A stretch of 63,209 bases of DNA, the filler included, from Octopus bimaculoides (lineage: Eukaryota): the NCBI RefSeq assembly GCF_001194135.2. It is 6 parts of 6 records of this genome, joined end to end, with 100 filler letters (N's around TTAATTAATTAA, not from the genome) between each part and the next. Parts side by side here need not be neighbours in the genome. Positions count along the whole stretch, not along the records: positions 16,851 to 38,229 come from NC_069005.1; 5 more parts are not named here. One strand, given 5' to 3'. The notes under the pieces are model-generated. The model did no database searches. It saw only the letters and a list, made by a program, of their open reading frames with translations, and was not told the DNA's origin. The position numbers and the translations under genes were made by a program. Shown piece after piece: positions 26,581 through 38,229 of this stretch; position 1 is the stretch's first letter, and each line of letters opens with the position of its first letter.

Positions 26581-28680
26581 GGGAAGACAGCCGAAAGAAA
26601 AGGAACGGTCTAAGTATGACTTTGATCGATTATCGAAAGGCTTTTGAAAGGAATTCCCCACACATGGATCCTGGAAACACTAGCCATGAACAAGGAAAGA
26701 GCAATAATCATAAAGCATATAAAGCATTCCACGAATAAATGTCAGACAGTGGTGCAGCTCCAGACAAAAGAGGGACTCAGAAAAACTAAAGCCATCCCCA
26801 TAGAAGAGGAATATTCCAGATGGACACACTCTCTCCACCCCTTTTCTGCTTGGCACTGACGCCTTTAACTGACATACCAGACAGAACTGGATGTGGATAC
26901 AACTGTTACAGCAAAACTATCAATCATCTCTTGTATATGGATGGTATAAATCTGTATGCTGCAAATAATAGGCAGCTGGAAACATTACTACAGAGAGTAC
27001 ATGGATTTACCAAAGAAATAAAAATGAAATTCCGCTTAGAAAAATGTGTCAAGGCAACCTTGAAAAGAGGAAAACTAGTTAAGAGTAAGAATATTACACT
27101 AGATAAAGCCGATGAAGTAAGAGAATTAGACCAAAGCCAGGTGTACAAATACTTAGGAATCAATGAACTAGATACGATACAATACACACAAATGAAAGAG
27201 AAGATAAGTGGAAATTTTAACGGTGAGTGTGTTAAATTTCAAGGCACAATAAGAAAATGACTCTCCCCAGACACAACACAATACCTATAATAATAAATAC
27301 ATTAGGTATGATTAAAAACATCAAGACAAATACATAACCAATACTATATACGAGTTAGATTAATACTGAAAGCAGCCAAATGCGAAAAACAAGTTAATAG
27401 GTATCAACACTCTAGCCGTCCCAGTTATACGTTACAGCTACAATATTCTTAACCGGACTCTAAATGAACTAACAAAACTAGACACAAAACACGAGCAAAA
27501 CAAAAAAGCTGTTTTCTCTCTAACGAAGCTGAAAAATACAAGAAAGAAGTCATAATACCTGACAATCATGAAGAAAAAGACGAAGTAGCAAAAGCTGTAA
27601 AACAAATGAAATCCAAACTAAAACTGGAACAACAAGGTATCGTGAGAAAACGATGGCAAAAAAAGCACTTACATGGCAATTATTTGAATAAGCCAAACAG
27701 AAAATAGATAAAGTAAAATCCCAACAATGGGTGAGAAGCTCAGGACTCAAAACAGAGACTGAAGGCTCATTAAATGCAGCACACGATCTCCCCACCGAAA
27801 ATAATCGGAAACATATGATTAAGAAAAATACAAGTAACTGCAGGATACGTGGTGATAGGGAAGAAACAATAAACCATATTGTCTCTGGCTGTCCAGTTCT
27901 GGCTAAGATATGACAGAGTTGGGATCTATGTATACACTGGAAGCTATGCCAACACTACGGAATGACAACAGAAAAAAATGGTATATGCACACCCCAGAAA
28001 ATGTCTCATAAAATGACAAAGCAACTATGCTGTGGGATATGTCAATACATACAGATAGAGAAATCAAAGCTAATAGACCGGACAAAGTTGTGAGAGATCA
28101 TCAAGAACAAAAATGCCTTCTAATAGATGTATCAATACCGACAGATGACAATGTATCTCTAAAAGGGAACGGAGAATCTCTCAGAATACAAAGATCTGGA
28201 AATACAGATCCTAAAAATATACAGAGCCTATAAAAATACAGAGCCTAAAAACAGAAACACTCCCTATAATTCGTTTTGAATTTGGTTTGGGAGATTTTTG
28301 ATGTGATTTCGTATTGAAGCATATTCTGTTGTGTCTGGGGAGAGTCATTTTCTTATTGTGCCTTGAAATTTAACACACTCACCGGTAAAATTTCCACTTA
28401 TTTCTTATTTTTATTTTCCTAAAATTTTCGTTGCGTCTTGCAACCTTATCAATAGTCTTGCAACCTTATCAAAATACATTAGGTATGATTAAAAACATCT
28501 AGACAAATACATAACCAAAACGCCAGGACTTACGAATGCATATAACATAGAGAAAATAACACTACTAGGCACTACACACATCCTACGTAAGCCACTTTCA
28601 ATACAATGAAAAAACAAAAGCATTACAACAAACCACAGCACATACCTCGCAATGGCAAACGCCCAAAGCAAGATAATAAT
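26581..28680 (+). mobile_element. R4/Dong-like element (subfamily A), RT to 3'UTR, decayed, with two insertions
   Basis: Translation gives DYRKAF, HLLYMDGINLYA, CRIRGDREETINHIVSGC, NRPDKVV..CLLIDVSIP and HILRKPLSIQ*. Confidence 0.9.
28271..28471 (+). mobile_element. About 200-bp unclassified insertion interrupting the Dong RLE region
   Basis: The Dong text resumes at AAATACATTAGG (about 28472). An internal 73 bp (28327-28399) is present inverted at 27206-27278. Confidence 0.65.
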
Positions 28681-28699
28681 GTTGATGTTGACAAAGCCT

Positions 28700-29330
28700 T
28701 TACTCATCAATGGTTAGCGTCTTCTGGCTTAAATCAGAAACAGAAGGGTTTATCATAGCAGTCCAAAACAACAATATGAGACCATCGATCATGTTGTTTT
28801 CTAGTGCAACCTTCTTACACCTACAGAGTATCTCGACAGGGATAATAGAGCAGCACAGTAAATTCACTGGGTAATTAGCAAAAACCTGGAACTGCCCCAT
28901 GATAAAAACTGGTGGAAACACAAACCACCTCCAGTGCTTGAAAATGGCCACATCTCATTCCTCAGGAAATTTACTGTTCAAACTGACAGAAAAATAGATG
29001 CGAATAGGTCAGACATATTGAAGGTCTTCAGACAAAAATCATACCTCCTCATCGATATGACTGTCTCAATCGACATAAATGTATCTGTCAAGACCTACCA
29101 AAAACTGAGCAAGTATAAAGATTTTGAAACAGAAATTAGCAAGATGTGGCACCTCAAGACTAAAACAATATCTGTTGTCACAGGTGCCCAATGAATGTAG
29201 CAAAAGAGGATGATTGCTACCTATCTCAGATACTAGGAAATCCCAAACTAGAGGAAATTAAAAAAATAGTACTCATTGGAACTGCTCATATCCCACGTCG
29301 TATATTCTCTATGTAATCCCTAAAACATTT
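28700..29330 (+). mobile_element. R4/Dong-like element (subfamily D), 3' RLE region
   Basis: Translation gives SETEGFIIAVQ, QTDRKIDANRSDI..LIDMTVSIDINV..KLSKYKDFETEISKMW and VLIGTAHIPRRIFSM*. Confidence 0.85.
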
Positions 29331-29596
29331 TAATCTGTAAACGGCATCAAAATTCTTTCAAATGTACATAATACCAAACACCTTTTACTTCATCTTAACA
29401 CTATTATCTTATAATCAAATTACTTTGAAAAAATACTTCTAATTGGCTTATATTTTGACAGACACTCTCTATAAAAATACTCGGTGCAAAACCAAAAATA
29501 TTTTCACCTTAGTCGTAATACCAGCTTTAACTGCTAACTTGCGCCTTGCCTTCTCTGGATGAGTTATCTTGTACAAAAACAAAGCAAAGGGCAAAC

Positions 29597-29652
<56 letters not shown>

Positions 29653-30174
29653 GGACCTATATACACTGGAAGCTATGCCAACACTACGGAATAACAACAG
29701 AAAAAAGATGGTATAAACACACGCCAGAAAAGGTCACAGAAAACGAGAAAGCAAATAGACCAGATATAGTTGTCAAAGATCATGAAGAAAAAAAATGCTT
29801 TCTAATTGATGTATTAATACCAGCAGATGACAACGTCTCTCTAAAAGAAATGGAAAAACTTTCAAAATACAAAGACCTGGAAATAGAGGTAACTCGAATG
29901 TGGAATATAAAAACAGAAACAATTCCTATTATAGTAGGTGCCTTAGGTATAATAAAAAAACATTCAGACAAATACATGACAAAAACACCAGGACTTACAA
30001 ATATATATAACATACAGAAAATTGCACTACTGGGCACAGCACACATCCTACGCAAAGCACTTTCAATACAGTAACCATAAGAGCACCACAGCAAACCACA
30101 GCACATACCCAAGGCGCACAGAGCTGCGCTCGGTAGTGAATTGAAAGCACGTTATAAAAATAAAACTACTGAAC

Positions 30175-30175
<1 letters not shown>
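29653..30175 (+). mobile_element. R4/Dong-like subfamily A, young 5'-truncated copy between two (AAT)n tracts
   Basis: The RLE frame is open: NRPDIVVKDHEEKKCFLIDVLIPADDNVSLKEMEKLSKYKDLEIEVTRMW..IPIIVGALG..LLGTAHILRKALSIQ*. A 3'UTR follows, and (AAT)n lies at 29600-29652 and 30174-30217. Confidence 0.95.
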
Positions 30176-30216
<41 letters not shown>

Positions 30217-30218
<2 letters not shown>

Positions 30219-30443
30219 TTTGTCTTTATTGCCCACGGGGCGCTAAACATAGAGAACAAACAAGGACAGACAAAGGATTTAAGTCGATTACATCGATCTC
30301 AGTGCGTCACTGGTACTTATTTAATCGATGAAAGGATGAAAAGCAAAGTCGACCTCGGCAGAGTTTGAATTCAGAACGTAACGGCAGACGAAATACCGCT
30401 AAAGGATTTCGCCCAGCGTGCTAACGATTCTACTAGCTCACCA
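30217..30443 (-). mobile_element. SINE family S1, well preserved, in (AAT)n
   Basis: The minus-strand head is GGTGAGCTAGTAGAATCGTTAGCACGCTGGGCGAAAT, followed by GTTCTGAATTCAAACTC and the S1 core. Confidence 0.85.
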
Positions 30444-30458
30444 ATAATAATAATAATA

Positions 30459-30535
<77 letters not shown>

Positions 30536-30536
30536 T

Positions 30537-31295
30537 CGAATGTGGAATCTAAAAACAGAAACAATTCCCATCATAGTAGGTGCCTTAGGCATAATAAAAA
30601 AATATTCAGACAAATACATAACAAAAACACCAGGACTTACAAATATATATAACATACAGAAAGTTGCACTACNNNNNNNNNNNNNNNNNNNNNNNNNNNN
30701 NNNNNNNNNNNNNNNNNNNNNNNNNNNNNNNNNNNNNNNNNNNNNNNNNNNNNNNNNNNNNNNNNNNNNNNNNNNNNNNNNNNNNNNNNNNNNNNNNNNN
30801 NNNNNNNNNNNNNNNNNNNNNNNNNNNNNNNNNNNNNNNNNNNNNNNNNNNNNNNNNNNNNNNNNNNNNNNNNNNNNNNNNNNNNNNNNNNNNNNNNNNN
30901 NNNNNNNNNNNNNNNNNNNNNNNNNNNNNNNNNNNNNNNNNNNNNNNNNNNNNNNNNNNNNNNNNNNNNNNNNNNNNNNNNNNNNNNNNNNNNNNNNNNN
31001 NNNNNNNNNNNNNNNNNNNNGCACAAGACCAAAGCCTCCCCACCAGAAATTACCAAAAACATACAATGAAAAGAAACATAACAAATAACTGTAGAATATG
31101 TGGAGATGGACAAGAAACAATAAATCATATTATCTCTGGCTGCCCAATCCTGGCTAAGAAGGAATATATTCACAGACACGACAGAGCTGGGACCTACATA
31201 CACTGGAAGCTATGACAACACTATGGAATAACAACAGAAAAAAGATGGTATAAACACACGCCAGAAAAGGGCACAGTAAACGAGAAAGCAACCAT
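30537..31295 (+). mobile_element. Two R4/Dong subfamily A pieces separated by an N gap
   Basis: 30537-30672 is the RLE 3' part (MWNLKTETIPIIVGALG). 31021-31295 is the CCHC region (CRICGDGQETINHIISGC), which normally lies upstream, so these are two copies. Confidence 0.85.
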
Positions 31296-31657
31296 AGTGC
31301 ATACGAGAACAGAAATCAAAGTTGCGAAGACGGCATGATTAATAAACGCATAGTAAAAATGCTATACTTGGTAAACGGAAGAAAATGGGTATACAAGAGA
31401 CACAAATCAACTAAAAATGTAGGATTCGTTGAGAGGGAACCCAAGAGAATGGAAGAACCATTGGAATGTAATACTTTTCAAGTACCAACGTCACTACAAA
31501 TAATTGAACCCAGACGCACAAGCAAAAGAAAAAGAAAATGTACGGAGTTCTTGGAAAACGAAAAAAATATTATTGTGACTGTAATGAAAAAAAAAACTCA
31601 AAAAAGGGAGGTGGGTGTGAAATAAAAATTTATTAATAAAACGAAATAAAATTACAC

Positions 31658-32140
31658 TCCCGTTTGCCTACCCGTTTGATAAGGCTACACCAGGCACATG
31701 CATTACAAACATATGTTCGTGACATGGTGATTTCATATCAAGATAAACAGCACATGACCTTGTAAGTGGGGTCCAGGTAGAATTTTCTTCAAGTCAAGTA
31801 GTCCATCCCATTCAAAAGGTCCTTGAATAAGGGTTGCTTAAGGATGTTGAACGAGACATCCACGTTTTCAGAGGTGAATTATTCAAACCCCCAAGAAATC
31901 TCCCCAATACATGGCTATGATACTCCTCCATTACTTCTGCTCGTGATCAGAGATGCACATATCGTCAGCCAACAAGGGACATGCTCAACTGGTTAAGGTC
32001 AAACAACTGACAAGCAAATGTGTGGTATTGAGCAGAATATTTCCTGTAGCCCATCAAGACAAAACATGTACGTGCAAGCACTTCCAATCAGTTAAGATCA
32101 GAAGCCGTGAGAGCCAGTCCCTGGTATTGCATTAGAGCAT
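31658..32140 (-). mobile_element. Family X repeat, second long copy
   Basis: It is colinear with 17865-18348 and has the same right-hand boundary against (ATT)n. Confidence 0.85.
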
Positions 32141-32162
32141 TTATTATTATTATTATTATAAG

Positions 32163-32375
32163 AGAGTGAGCTGGCAGAATCGTTAGCACGGTGGCCAAAA
32201 TGCTTATCGGTGTTTCACCTGTCTTCACGTTCTGAGTTCAATTTCTGCCGAGGTCGAATTTTGTTTCATCCTTTCGGAGTCGATAAATTAAGTACCAGTG
32301 AAACTGGTTTCGCTGATGTAATCCTATAGCCCCTACCACTGCGCAATTTTCAGTCCTTGTGCCTTTAGTAGAAAG
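32163..32375 (+). mobile_element. SINE family S1 in (ATT)n
   Basis: GAGTGAGCTGGCAGAATCGTTAGCAC...GTTCTGAGTTCAATTTC...GATAAATTAAGTACCAG...CCTTGTGCC matches S1. Confidence 0.85.
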
Positions 32376-32704
32376 AATTATTATTATTATTATTATTATT
32401 ATTATTTCTTGTACTGTAATGTTTTGTAATGTAATGCTAGATTGTTTTAAATATTACCTATTTTAATGCAGTTAAAATTTGTTTTCCTCAATATGAGATG
32501 CTGAAATTTTGTTGTCGCCGTATTTAATGCCCGAAACATAGGAAAACTAAAGCAGAATATAATATTTATAAAGTAAATCAAAAAGAATATTATTAAAACA
32601 TAATATTCCCCTTCTGCCTTATTTTCTTAAATCATTCTATTTCTTTTACACATTTTTTTTCATTCTATTTCTCACAGACGCTTCCAATGAAAAATTTCAT
32701 TTAC

Positions 32705-32816
32705 CTCACGATACAAATCGTCATGTTCTATTAAGGACAGGCTGCAATAAATATTCTTTAGTTTCATACCCAACAGTTCTGGACAAGGGTACCTTTCATA
32801 AAAGCAGTCATAGAAC
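32705..32816 (-). CDS. Upstream internal exon of the same stanniocalcin-like gene (absent from the ORF track)
   Basis: The acceptor is CTTCCGACTGCAG|G and the donor is CGTGAG|GTAAAT. The exon is 112 nt and open as (x)FYDCFYERYPCPELLGMKLKNIYCSLSLIEHDDLYRE. It ends in phase 0 and joins 25764 in frame, and it supplies the FY.C...R.PC...C motif expected N-terminal to the next exon. Confidence 0.75.
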
Positions 32817-33159
32817 CTGCAGTCGGAAGTGTGAATATATTGAAGACNNNNNNNNNNNNNNNNNNNNNNNNNNNNNNNNNNNNNNNNNNNNNNNNNNNNN
32901 NNNNNNNNNNNNNNNNNNNNNNNNNNNNNNNNNNNNNNNNNNNNNNNNNNNNNNNNNNNNNNNNNNNNNNNNNNNNNNNNNNNNNNNNNNNNNNNNNNNN
33001 NNNNNNNNNNNNNNNNNNNNNNNNNNNNNNNNNNNNNNNNNNNNNNNNNNNNNNNNNNNNNNNNNNNNNNNNNNNNNNNNNNNNNNNNNNNNNNNNNNNN
33101 NNNNNNNNNNNNNNNNNNNNNNNNNNNNNNNNNNNNNNNNNNNNNNNNNNNNNNNNNNN

Positions 33160-34028
33160 CGGTGGAAGTTCAATAATGGAATTCTATAGGGGAATAGTAG
33201 CGGGAAAGAGCCACAACATCATCGGGGAAACTCTGGGCGTCGTGAGGGATCAATTAACTGGTCTTTTCCGTTGGAATTTTAGGCCGGGACCTATTGATAA
33301 TCTCCAGAAATTCCTGGCCTGGCAGTGCTACTGGGGAGCTCTGCCAATTCGAGACAAACTCTACAGACATGGAAGTGCTGTCAGACGGACCTGTTCGAAT
33401 TGTACGCAGGGTGACGAAACCGTCCTGCATGCACTCTCCAGTGTCTGTGCATTACTGACCTGTGGAGGTCGGATCCGGTTATCAGGCGAGTCCATCGTGA
33501 AGATCGCCCCGCTGCATTCCTTCAACCGGGAAGCAAAGGCAGTTTTCCTCTGTATGATGGCTATGGTAAAGGAGGTAGTATGGTGGACGAGATTAAAAAA
33601 ACTGAAGACAAATACGTTCCTCTTCGGCCAAGCTCTGATCGACTTTTTCAAGATCCACTTGAAAAGGATGTGAGAACAGAAAGGAAAGTTCTGTACTTCA
33701 CTCCAATAAATTTTTTGAAAGGTGGGTGAATGGGGTGAGGATGGCCCGTGTAAATGGGCCTATTTTGAACTTTCGTTTGTAAACTTGTGGAATTGAGGAG
33801 AGGCACTTGCTGAGATGCACCTGGCAGTCGGGATAACCAGGATATGTGGGGTTCCTCGGTTGCCCCTGTGATGAACACCCTACATTTGGGGAAAAATACT
33901 GTTTAATTTTATTGTCAGTTGTCATTGTTATTTTATTGTTTACTCAATTTTGTGTTAAACCTCACGTGTGCCCCTAGTTATGTATTGTTCCTATTTGTTT
34001 TGTGTTTGAATTTTGAAGTCAATAAAGC
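33160..34028 (+). mobile_element. L1/Tx1-like LINE 3' part (zf-RVT-type CCHC, 3'UTR)
   Basis: Translation gives FLAWQCYWGALPIRDKLYRHG...TCSNCTQGDETVLHAL. A T-rich 3'UTR ends at AATAAA (34021). Confidence 0.75.
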
Positions 34029-34046
34029 AACGATTGTTAATAATAT

Positions 34047-34613
34047 GGGACCTATATACACTGGAAGCTATGCCAACACTATGGAATAACAACAGAAAAA
34101 AGATGGTATAAACACACGCCAGAAACAGTCACCGAAAACGAGAAAGCAACCATACTCTGGGATATGCCAATACACACAGATAGAGAAATTAAGGCAAATA
34201 GACCAGATATAGTTGTCAAAGATCATGAAGAAAAAAAATGCTTTCTAATTGATGTATCAATACCAGCAGATGACAACGTCTCTCTAAAAGAAATGGAAAA
34301 ACTTTCAAAATACAAAGACCTGGAAATAGAGGTAACTCGAATGTGGAATCTAAAAGCAGAAACAATTCCTATCATAGTGAGTTCATTAGGTATGATAAAA
34401 AAAAATATTCAGACAAATACATAACAAAAACATCAGGACTTACAAATATATATAACATACAGAAAATTGCACTACTGGGCACTGCACACATTCTACGCAA
34501 AACACTTTCAATACCGTAACCATAAGAGCACCGCAGCAAACCACAGCACATACCCAAGCACACAGAGCTGCGCTCGGTAGTGAATTGAAAGCACGCTATA
34601 TAAAATAAAACTA

Positions 34614-34691
<78 letters not shown>

Positions 34692-34725
34692 GTGAAAGCA
34701 CGTTATAAAAATAAAACTACTGAAC
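34047..34725 (+). mobile_element. R4/Dong subfamily A 5'-truncated copy plus a 35-nt second 3' end inside its (TAA)n tail
   Basis: The RLE motifs match the 29653 copy, and GTGAAAGCACGTTATAAAAATAAAACTACTGAAC is repeated at 34691-34725. Confidence 0.9.
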
Positions 34726-34796
<71 letters not shown>

Positions 34797-35237
34797 TAAT
34801 ATTGATATTGATTTAAATTTAATTTTGCTCAAAATCCATCCGTCTCAAACTTGATAATATTAATCTGAATTTGCACTTAATTTCATTTAAAAATACTTAA
34901 GAGAAGATTACGGTTCGTAGTATCAAATGTTTCGCAACACCTCTATCCATGTCTCTTATTGGTTAATACGGTTTTATACATAGGCACGGCCAATGCCAAT
35001 TGTGCTACTGCGTCCATTAAACCGTTACAGTTTATGGGAAAATTTCACTCGTTTCACTAGAGTTGTCAAATGCCAAGATCTTTATAAAACATAAAATGTA
35101 CTTGTAAAATTGCAACATGTACTTCATCCCATTCGGGACCGATAAAATAAGTACCAGTTAAACACTGGGGTCGCAGTAATCACTGGGGTCACCGTAATCG
35201 ACTTATCCGCCTTCTCTTCAAATTATTGGCCTTGTGC

Positions 35238-35330
35238 CAAAATTTGAAACCAATATTGTAACAGGCAAATTTTGAAACCAATATTGTAACAGGCAAAATT
35301 TGAAGCCAATATTGTAACATGCAAATTTTG
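35238..35330. repeat. 28-bp tandem repeat, about 3 copies, grown from an S1 SINE 3' end
   Basis: Unit AAATTTGAAACCAATATTGTAACAGGCA follows CCTTGTGCC of the partial SINE at 35135-35255. Confidence 0.8.
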
Positions 35331-37121
35331 GCACATGTTCAGTAATTCTAGGGGAGAGATAAGTTTCATTCATTTCTCACAACAGCATGATGTATGTTTA
35401 CTGTATACGCATATGACACATATACACATTAAAGTAGTACTTATGATGTATAAGGTATATATACATACATACATATTTACTTAATGGATACAAATAATCA
35501 ATGTATACATATGTTTATGTCCGTATGTGTGTGTGTGTCTGTGTATGCATACGTATATCTATTTGTCAATCAAGGCATTATACAAATACTTAATACATAC
35601 AAATATAAAATGCATATATATATATATANNNNNNNNNNNNNNNNNNNNNNNNNNNNNNNNNNNNNNNNNNNNNNNNNNNNNNNNNNNNNNNNNNNNNNNN
35701 NNNNNNNNNNNNNNNNNNNNNNNNNNNNNNNNNNNNNNNNNNNNNNNNNNNNNNNNNNNNNNNNNNNNNNNNNNNNNNNNNNNNNNNNNCACACACACAC
35801 ACACACGACATATTCTCTCTTCCCTACATAAGTAACTTCGTCCATAGATCGTTACGGGATGCCAATCAAATCAAATCCCAGTAGATTTGAGAGCGAACTG
35901 TCCTTCAACAAAAATGCCGAACCATTAAAGAAGAAAAGGATTTATCACAACACACAAGTAGGCTGGCACGCGAGGATATACACACAACCAAACACACACG
36001 CACACACACTCTTCGTTTACTCTCAGTTTCCCTTTATCTTGTAAGAATCACACATCTACATACACACATACATGCATACATGCGTGCGTACACACAGGCA
36101 TAAGCCTAATTCGAAGATACAGGTTATGTCATTGATGAGGTCGCGAATAGCGACGAAAGGACTTTGATAAAAAAAGCAACCGATTGATTAATTAACCAAC
36201 ACATTCAACAAGCGATTGATTAGTTAATTGATTAGACTTTTAACTGATTGACTGACAATGGAGAAGTGGTATCGAACCAGGGCGTGTCTTTATTATTACT
36301 GGTGTAATGAACCTCCCAAGACACAAACTTATTTGTTTTAACAGTGGAAGGTGCGGTCTATGTGATATAGAAAGATGGCTCATTTGGAAAGGCAGCTTGG
36401 ACCCTACCACATGTCTAAATTCAAAGACTGAACTTTTCGGATCATGTCCACATGTGACCAAATATTTGCTACGTTTTTGGTCCCCCTGAGTCTACTGATT
36501 GGACTTGCTTTCTAATTTTGTGTCTCTCTATAATTATTACTTACATTTCTTATATATTTTTTTATATATTTTTTAAAATATTTGTACTGATAGAACCTGC
36601 TAATGGGACTGTACTGATAGGCTTCTATATTGTGTCTATGTATAAGCTTTTCACTTTTTCACCTGGATTTTATATTTTTATATTTTTATATTATTATATT
36701 TTTTTGATTATCTTCATGTTTTTTACATAATTATAGGGTTAATGTGTTTGTATTTTTCCACATAGTTTTCTGTTTTCTCCCCTCCAAACTTTTTTCCAGT
36801 ACGCTTATAGACACGTACAAGGAACTTTATATGTGCGCGCTTGTGAGTGTGCGCGTGGATGCGTGCGTATGTAGATATATGCGTGCGTATATAGAGATAT
36901 GTGCGTGCGTATATGGATATATGCGTGCATGCGATAATATACACAGTTTTAGACGCGTTTTGTCACTACACAGTAAACTCCCTTTGTTTTTAACGGTCAT
37001 TTTTCACAGGAATTTTCAATTGGCCGGATAACTGAAGAGATGTTGGCGTGGGGTCTCACCCTGGCATCCGAAACTCGGAGTTTTATCATGGCTACTGAAT
37101 AAGTGTCACATATTTTTACAG

Positions 37122-37152
<31 letters not shown>

Positions 37153-37156
37153 TATA

Positions 37157-37507
37157 CGGCAAATAAGAAAACGGAAAGGATATAAAATGGACTGACATCA
37201 GCCAGTAAACAATCAAGTATGTGTATTTATTCAATTGTATGAATGAATACACACACATGTATGAGTGATACAGATTAACGAGCGGGAAAAGCTGGTAACT
37301 GCATTATATCTTTGCTCATTTCTTTCTATATACTTGCATGTATTCACACCCTTGTCTATGCAGTTACCAGCTTTTCCCGCTCCTTAATCTGTCTCACTCA
37401 TACAAGTGTGTGTATTCATCCAATACAACTGAAGAAATAGGCATACTTGAATGTTTACTGGCTGGTATCTGTCGATTTTATATCCTCTCCGTTTTTTTTA
37501 TTTGCCG
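37157..37507. mobile_element. Foldback MITE with about 148-bp inverted arms, TA-flanked
   Basis: Arms 37157-37304 and 37358-37507 are reverse complements with scattered mismatches. The junctions are TATA|CGGC...GCCG|TATA. Confidence 0.85.
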
Positions 37508-37797
37508 TATAAATATATGATACTCAATTACGAGATTGCCACGGAATAGCTACCACTTGACTACCAGTAGTATATTCTCAACCTCTAGCTCACACAGAAA
37601 TATATCCATTGCTCATGTTCTCATACTGAATATATAAGACGCAGTAAATATTTTCTGCGGATATATTCATGGAATTAGCGCGCCAAAACGAAGACTTTTG
37701 AACTTTACCATTAAGCTGTAATTAGCAGAACCATATGCACGCGCACACATGGCGGTGGGCAACTCTGTATACGAATCTGATGATTACGGCTAAATTA

Positions 37798-37863
37798 CAA
37801 ATCAGGCTGATGAGGAATAGACAAATGGTAAGAATTTGTTAAATCCGAAACTAGTTCCTGTTT
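37798..37863 (+). ncRNA. Minimal type I hammerhead ribozyme, PLE pLTR type
   Basis: The parts are CAGG (stem I), CTGATGA (37807-13), GGA...ACAAAT/ATTTGT...TCC (stem II), GAAAC-TA-GTT with palindromic ACTAGT, and CCTG (stem I). Confidence 0.7.
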
Positions 37864-37967
37864 AATAATGCTTTTTTAGGTGATTTTAAATGTCTTGCCC
37901 GCTCACGTTTTTGGTTGAGAACGTTTTAGGTCTTAATAGACACAAGATGTGATCTATTTCTATCGCG

Positions 37968-38229
37968 TTAATTGTCCACGTTAGTGGTCGACGTTATTTT
38001 TTTAAAATGTACCTTAATCCCCTGAGATTGCAGATAATATTTCTGAATCTCTTTGATTCTTTACATGTGCTGGCCTCCTGATAATTAATCGATATTAATT
38101 AATATCGATTAATTATCAGGAGGCCAGCACATGTAAAGAATCAAAGAGATTCAGAAATATTATCTGCAATCTCAGGGGATTAAGGTACATTTTAAAAAAA
38201 TAACGTCGACCACTAACGTGGACAATTAA
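37968..38229. repeat. Perfect 262-bp spacerless palindrome ending at a contig gap
   Basis: The sequence is symmetric about 38098/38099 (GATATTAA|TTAATATC), and the right arm runs into the N run at 38230. Confidence 0.9.
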
